Assembly: GCF_009914755.1 (NCBI RefSeq)
Contig: NC_060934.1
Length of the DNA: 64,000 nucleotides
Strand: one strand, 5' to 3'
DNA from: the human T2T-CHM13v2.0 reference genome, Homo sapiens
Made by a program: the position numbers and the translations under genes. Below are positions 58,251 through 64,000 of the stretch, in pieces. The first letter of the stretch is position 1, and each line of letters begins with the position of its first letter. The notes beneath the pieces were generated by a model. That model worked only from the letters and a program-made list of their open reading frames with translations, did not search any database and was not told the origin of the DNA.

Positions 58251-58929
58251 TTCTTAGCACTGTGCTGAGTAAGTCACACTTTGCATGCTAAACTCAATAA
58301 TAAAATGGATTTTGTAATTCAAAGCCAAAAAGGGTTATGGGGCTGGGGTTAGCCTTGCAGTTTCCCTGCATTCATTTACCTTTGCCACTTTTTCAGCACC
58401 AGATGTAACTCATGAGCTGTATCATTTACCCCACTGCCCTCCCTTTCAGATGAAAACCCTTGCAGTATTCACATTACTCTTCTCTATAAGTGCTTTTTAA
58501 CAATGGATGACCTATGTACAATGTTGGGTCAGAGAGCCTGGAAAATGATGAAACAAAGAATTGCTTTTGTTCTACATAAAAGCAAAGTTGCAAAGAGCTA
58601 TATTCTGGCCGTTTTCAATGTCAATGAGCTTGACTAATGGTGTTCTGTATTTCTCAAACATACATTGAATAACTTCAATCATTGGGATTAATCTGGGACA
58701 TAGTATAAACAACCCAGTGAAAAATTTTGTCACCATGGCCCTCTTCACAGCTGCCTCTTACTTTAACTATATAAAACAATTATGGCTACTAAAATTTCAC
58801 TAGGAAAATGCAGCTAAATGTTAATAATATTAACTAGTGGGTGGTGAGATTTAAGGTAATTTCATTTTTTCTTACAATTTGCTGTAGTTGATCATAATTG
58901 AGGATATATTACTGTTATACTTAGGAAGG

Positions 58930-60135
58930 AATTGAATAACAAACCACAATACTCAAAAGATCGAAACAGGCAACTCACAAGCAGAAAACTGACTATTAAA
59001 CACACGAAAAAATACTCTGCCTCATTAGTAATAAAGTAAATGTAATAGAAAACTACAATAATGTATCTTTTCATTCCCATCAGCATCGGCAATCATTTAA
59101 AAGTTTGGCTGCACCTGCAATGTTGAAGGTGGGGAGTCACAGGAACTCTCATACCCTACTGGTGAGAAGATACATTAGCACCACCACTTTAGAGCTGAAT
59201 ATTGCAATATCTAAGAGAGTTGCCAATGTACATATCTAAAATTATAATTTTAGATAATTGCAGCATTGCTTATGTTTTCACACTGCTATAAAGAAATATC
59301 TGAGACTGGGTAATTTATAAAAGGAAGAGGTTTAATTGACTCACAGTTCCTTATGGCTGGAGGGGCCTCAGGAAACACACAATCATGGCAGAAGGGGAAG
59401 CAGGCACGTCTTACATGGCAGGTGAGAGAGGAAAGTGCACACAAAGCAGGAACTGTCGAGCACTTATAAAACCATCAGATATTGTGAGAACTCACTCACT
59501 ATTATGAGAACAGCATGGGGGAAACCACCACCATGGTCCAATCACCTCCCACAAGGTTCCTCCCTCAACACCTGGGGATTACAATTCAAGATGAGATTTG
59601 GATGGAGAGACAAAGCCTAATCATATCAGCTTACAATGACAAAAAAATAGACACAAAATCCATAAACAGAAAAAAATCAGTACAAAGTTTGTAGTATACT
59701 CTATACTGTGGTTACCATAACCAAACATGAGCTACATATAACAATATGGGAAAACCCCAAAAACATAATACTGAGAGAAGAAATGCAAGGTACAAAGGAG
59801 CATTTATAGTACAATTCCAACTTTAAAAGTTTAAAAACCTTAAAAACCAACCCCTCAGCCCCTATTTTGTTTATGGATATAAACATATGTAGTAAGACTA
59901 TAAAAGCATGCAAGGAAATGATCAATTCAAGATGGTGGTTATCTGAGGGGAAGGAAGGGACTTGACTTTGGACAAGGGTATCACAAAGAGTGTTGGCAGT
60001 TCTGCAACGTTGGAGTTTTTTTTCCTTGGGAAAACATAAATATCGAGGCATGTATGTGAATATATTAATATCTGGCAAAGCTTATAGTAGGTATAATTTT
60101 ATTTGCATGATATATGTCATAATAAAAATGAAAAT
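58930..60135 (+). mobile_element. L1ME-type 3' region, split by an MST LTR
   Basis: aacaggcaactcaca, cctcattagtaataaag, caggaactctcatac..ctggtg, aaacataatactgagagaag. Confidence 0.75.
59273..59628 (-). mobile_element. MSTA/THE1D-type MaLR LTR
   Basis: cactgctataaagaaatatctgagactgggtaattt ... gatgagatttgg; perfect TSD gctta at 59268 and 59629. Confidence 0.92.
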
Positions 60136-60486
60136 AAAATATTAATAATGCATTTTATTTATAACATATTTTATAAATATAAAATAAATTCTGTGTTTAT
60201 AATTTTAACATGCTATATAATCACAAGAAGATAAAATATTTATGATATAAAGCCTGCAAAGAAATAAAAAGGAAATCAAATATTGGTTATATCTGAATGA
60301 TGTATGTAATTTCTTTGCTTTCTTTTATTTTTTCTATATTTTCAAAATTTTCATTATGAGATTACATTATTTTTTAATTGAAAACTTTTAAAAACTTTAC
60401 CAAAGTGTGATTAAAAATGTAGGCTTGGGACTTATGACGTAGGGTCTTGAATGTCGTATTAGGTTTTTAGCTTTATGATATAGACT

Positions 60487-60815
60487 ATCATTTCCCAAAC
60501 TGTGTACTATGGAACACTAGTGACTCTTGAGAGGTTAACTTATGATGCTCGGAAAAAGAGTTCCAGGGTCAATAAGTTTAAAAATGATGGGTCTCATGCT
60601 CCCTGTTTCAAGAAGCACAATAGACATTTATACATTAAAGGCTCCAAGAAGTTCTACAGTTGAAAAAATCCACACACAACACAACAAAAACTTATTTGCA
60701 TTTGCTCAACTCTGTGTTTCCCAAATACATATGATTACAGATTGCTTTAACAAGGAGTTAATTTATTATCATTTAAGGGATATTATCTTCAGGAGACATG
60801 ATTTGTGAAACTTCT
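60487..60815. mobile_element. MER113/MER112-type hAT MITE within an antisense L2 remnant
   Basis: tttcccaaactgtgtactatggaacactag; gttccagggtcaataagttt; attaaaggctccaagaagttctacagt. Confidence 0.7.
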
Positions 60816-61004
60816 TAGTTAGAAAAATCTCCAAAACATCATACAGAAAGTGGCATGATGAAAGGAGAGATTTTGGAGGTTGAAAGTGTCAGTGTTGGGT
60901 AGGAGAGATTGGAGGTGGTGGAGGCAGGATTCAAAGAGGCCAAGTGGGCAGTAATTGCAGTAGTTGGTTAGTAGGTGATAAGGGCTTCAGCACAGGACTG
61001 ATGG

Positions 61005-61418
61005 GTCTTAGTGAACCTTCGCCAAAATTATGCTTCTGGCACACAATAAACATTTATTTCTCATGTGTTATAGACCTGCTGGGATTCAGCTGGCTTGGCT
61101 CCTGCATAAAGGTTGAAGCAAAGTCTGTTCCACATGTCTCCTTGTCCTTAAACAAGAGGTTACCCAAGACCTCTTTTTCCTATGGAAACATGCAAACCTG
61201 TTTCAAGTCTTGTATCATATCAGTTAACATCCTATTGGTCAAAGCAAATCACATGGATGGCCAAACCCAAGTCAAGAGCTGTTGCACGTTGCTTATCATG
61301 AAGCTGAAGCAAGACAGGGCTAAGCTTAACATCAAAGGGGTGGGGAAGTATATTCCTCCCAGGAAACTGGGAATGGGGGAGGAAGTGAATATATGCTGAA
61401 CAACAATATAATCTACAA
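61005..61418 (-). mobile_element. MLT1H-like MaLR LTR
   Basis: aacatcctattggtcaaagcaaatcacatgg..ccaaacccaa; gaacaacaatataatctaca end. Confidence 0.7.
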
Positions 61419-62996
61419 CCCTGTCTCTGTCTACAAAATGAAAAAAACCACTTGTTAGATCATGGAACTATGCATATGTTGAGTCCATCAGGGTGGATTC
61501 CATTTCTAAAAGGCACCAATAACACCATGAAATGATGGGGTTCAGCATGGCACAGACCTAAAGACAGTAGTATGAAATCTGACCCTATTGTAGCTTCTCT
61601 TTTCTCCAGGTGTCATAACAAGTAAGTGAGCTTGTAAAGTGCCTGGGAATTCCTGAGAAGAAAATTACTAAGAAATTAAAACAGGATTGTAAGAGCTTAG
61701 CCCAAATCACTGTGCATGGCAAAGATAACCAGATGAGTAAGAAGCTCCTCATTCACATTTTACACAGCTTTCCATTAATTGATATTTAGTATTCAGAGAC
61801 ATGACACAGTCTAGAGTTCAGAGAATGGTTTCAATCCCCAAGGGAAAAATCGGAATGATTTTGAATATTTTGAAATAATGTGATTAAAACATAGGATCAA
61901 ACAACCTGTCGCATTTTTAGATCCTAACATTTTTATTCCCAAGTGGTCTGGTGCTCACTGCATTCTACATTTAATACTCATAAAGACCATATTCCATGGA
62001 TTTTTTCCAATTGCCATCTCTATATTTTAACTATGTCAACATGATATATAGGCAACCCTTCCTACTTGGAATAACAATATTGTTTTTTCTAAAAAATAAC
62101 AATAAAATATTTTTCAGATTTGTATTTACTTGCTGGAAAACTTTGAAAAACACAAGGCTTGTGACCAATTGTGCTGCAGGAGAATTGTAAAATGAAGCAA
62201 TGACTAGAAGAAAACAGAGAAGAGCCTGACCCATGACAATTGTGAAAATGGCAACATTTGCTCCTGGCCTTTGCTTCTCAGGAGTACTCTAGCCCTTCTC
62301 ATTGTCACAGGCTCAGTGACCTCATGGTCTTCATTCTGGCTCTAGGAGCAGAGAATCTGAAACTCATTTCCATCATGGTATAAGTGACTGATAAGGACTC
62401 CTGCTTGAAATATGAAAGAGAAAATCTATAATGAGCACAGAATATCAGGAATAGTAGGGAGGGATGCATTTTGGAGGGTGGGGACTATCTCAGTGCCCAT
62501 AACATCCTTTCAGGACAGCACCAGTCATGTTCTACCTATAGAAATACATGCCTATATGAAATGGTTAGTGTACCACACTGAGCCTATAAAGAGCACTTAA
62601 TATGTGCTACTAAAGAAAAAAAAGGGAAAGAAAGGGGGCCTGAGACAAGATATTCTAGAATTATGCTACATCTCTTCTATGGAGTATAATCCTATTATTT
62701 TTAAAATTATAACTCAACATAAAAACAAAATTCACAGGGTGATGGAGATGTGAAGCTTTGGGAGATGAAGTATCAAACAATTATTATGAACCCTTAGTAT
62801 TCAATCTTATATCTGTTGAGTCCCACCTGAGGATTTAGCCATGGACAGAGACTCTCCTAGGGACCAGTAACCATGTTGTGTAAGTTAAACTGTTCATTGC
62901 TATCCATCTGACATTTAGTCCTACATTAATAACAATTATTGGTAACAATAATGATGATGATGATAGCTATCATTTACACAAAACAATCTTAAGAGC

Positions 62997-63580
62997 TGTG
63001 ATGGTTAATTTCATGTTTCAACCTGAAACACGAAGGAAGATACAGACTAAGGAAGACACAGATAGCTGGTAACACACTATTTCAGGGGCTTTCTGTGAGG
63101 GTGTTTGTGGAAGAGGCTACCATTTGAATGAGTAGACCTAGTAAGGAATATTGGCCTCCACAACTTGAGTAGACATCATCCAATCTGTTGATGGTCCAAG
63201 TAGAACAGAATATGGAGGAACAGTGAATTTGTGCTCTTTGCTTGAGTTGGGACGTTCGTTTTCTCCTGACCTTGGACATTGGCTTTTGTGGTTCTCTAAC
63301 CTTCAGACTCAGAGCAGGACTTACATCATCAGCCCCCAAAGTTCTCAAACCTTTGGGTTTGGACCAGGACTTCATCGGCTCCTCTGGTTCTCAGTGCTTC
63401 AGGTTTTGATTGAAACTATACCCTCAGTTTTCCTCCAAGCTTTTACTCTAATGTGCAGACAGCAGACTGTGAGATTTCTCAGCCTCTATAATTACATAAG
63501 GCAATCCCTCATAATAAATCTCTTTCTGTATGTTTATAATATATCCTACAGGTTCTGCCTCTCTGTAGAACCCTAATACA
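62997..63580 (+). mobile_element. MLT2B-type ERVL LTR
   Basis: tgtgatggttaatttcatg..tcaac ... tctgtgagggtgttt ... agaaccctaataca. Confidence 0.85.
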
Positions 63581-63733
63581 AAAACAAATTACCATAGTTT
63601 TGATTTAATGTCTTCTAGTTTCTATCATTAATGAGAGAGATGAATTGTAGATGGTCTTAAACTTTTTAGGTCTCAATTCTATGCACTTATTTATTTAACA
63701 AATATTACTGAGCATCTACTCAGGGTAAACCTT

Positions 63734-64000
63734 TGTTATGTAAACAGAATAGGTTCATTGCCAGAAGCACACAGCAAGTCACTATGCTGAGACACTGGGT
63801 TGCAGCAGAGAAAGAGGTTTCATTGTAAGGTCACCAAATGAGGAGATGGCAGGGAACCTCAAATCCATCTCTCTAAGGAATTTAGTGTTAGGGCTTTTAA
63901 GGGTTTTGGAGTGGGTTGAAGAGTGATCATTGATTGGTTGACGAGTGCAGGGTGAAGTCAAGAAACAGGGAGATGAATCAGCTGTATTCTCATGCTGATC
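63734..64000 (-). mobile_element. MER31-type ERV1 LTR (runs off the window)
   Basis: gagacactgggttgcagcagagaaagaggttt...aacctcaaatcc...gagtgcagggtgaagtca. Confidence 0.8.

Noticed and set aside
60944-61399. Longest ORF (151 aa)
   Set aside because: GTG start, lies across L2/MLT1 relics, no recognisable domain

Overview
Primate (human-like), AT-rich, gene-poor genomic DNA dominated by transposable-element relics. I find no protein-coding gene: all recognisable ORFs are broken pieces of L1 ORF1/ORF2, L2, Alu or LTR sequence. The window holds (i) a near-full-length L1PB1-type LINE (22.5-32.4 kb) interrupted by a MER4-type provirus that has lost its 5' LTR, (ii) an antisense L1PA13-like LINE (46.6-52.6 kb) carrying a truncated AluY and an MLT2A LTR, (iii) an ancient ERVL (ERV3-16A3/LTR16) relic, and (iv) many older L1M, HAL1, L2, MIR, MaLR/ERVL LTR, Alu and DNA-transposon (MER2, MER5, MER102, MER112/113, MARNA) copies. 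The most specific non-TE item is an ~85-bp retroposed, decayed copy of the C/D-box snoRNA SNORD55 (U39/U55), with an A-tail and target-site duplication (TSD), inside an old L1 at 20973-21057. Candidate functional signals in unique DNA are a 12-nt microexon-like cassette (61610-61621), a possible terminal exon (10462-~10705), a CpG-retaining MEIS/PBX/ONECUT-motif block (45.1-45.6 kb) and a perfect 13-bp hairpin (54480-54511). Repeat subfamily names come from recalled consensus sequences and boundaries are approximate unless a TSD is quoted. I see no convincing evidence of a novel multi-component biological system.
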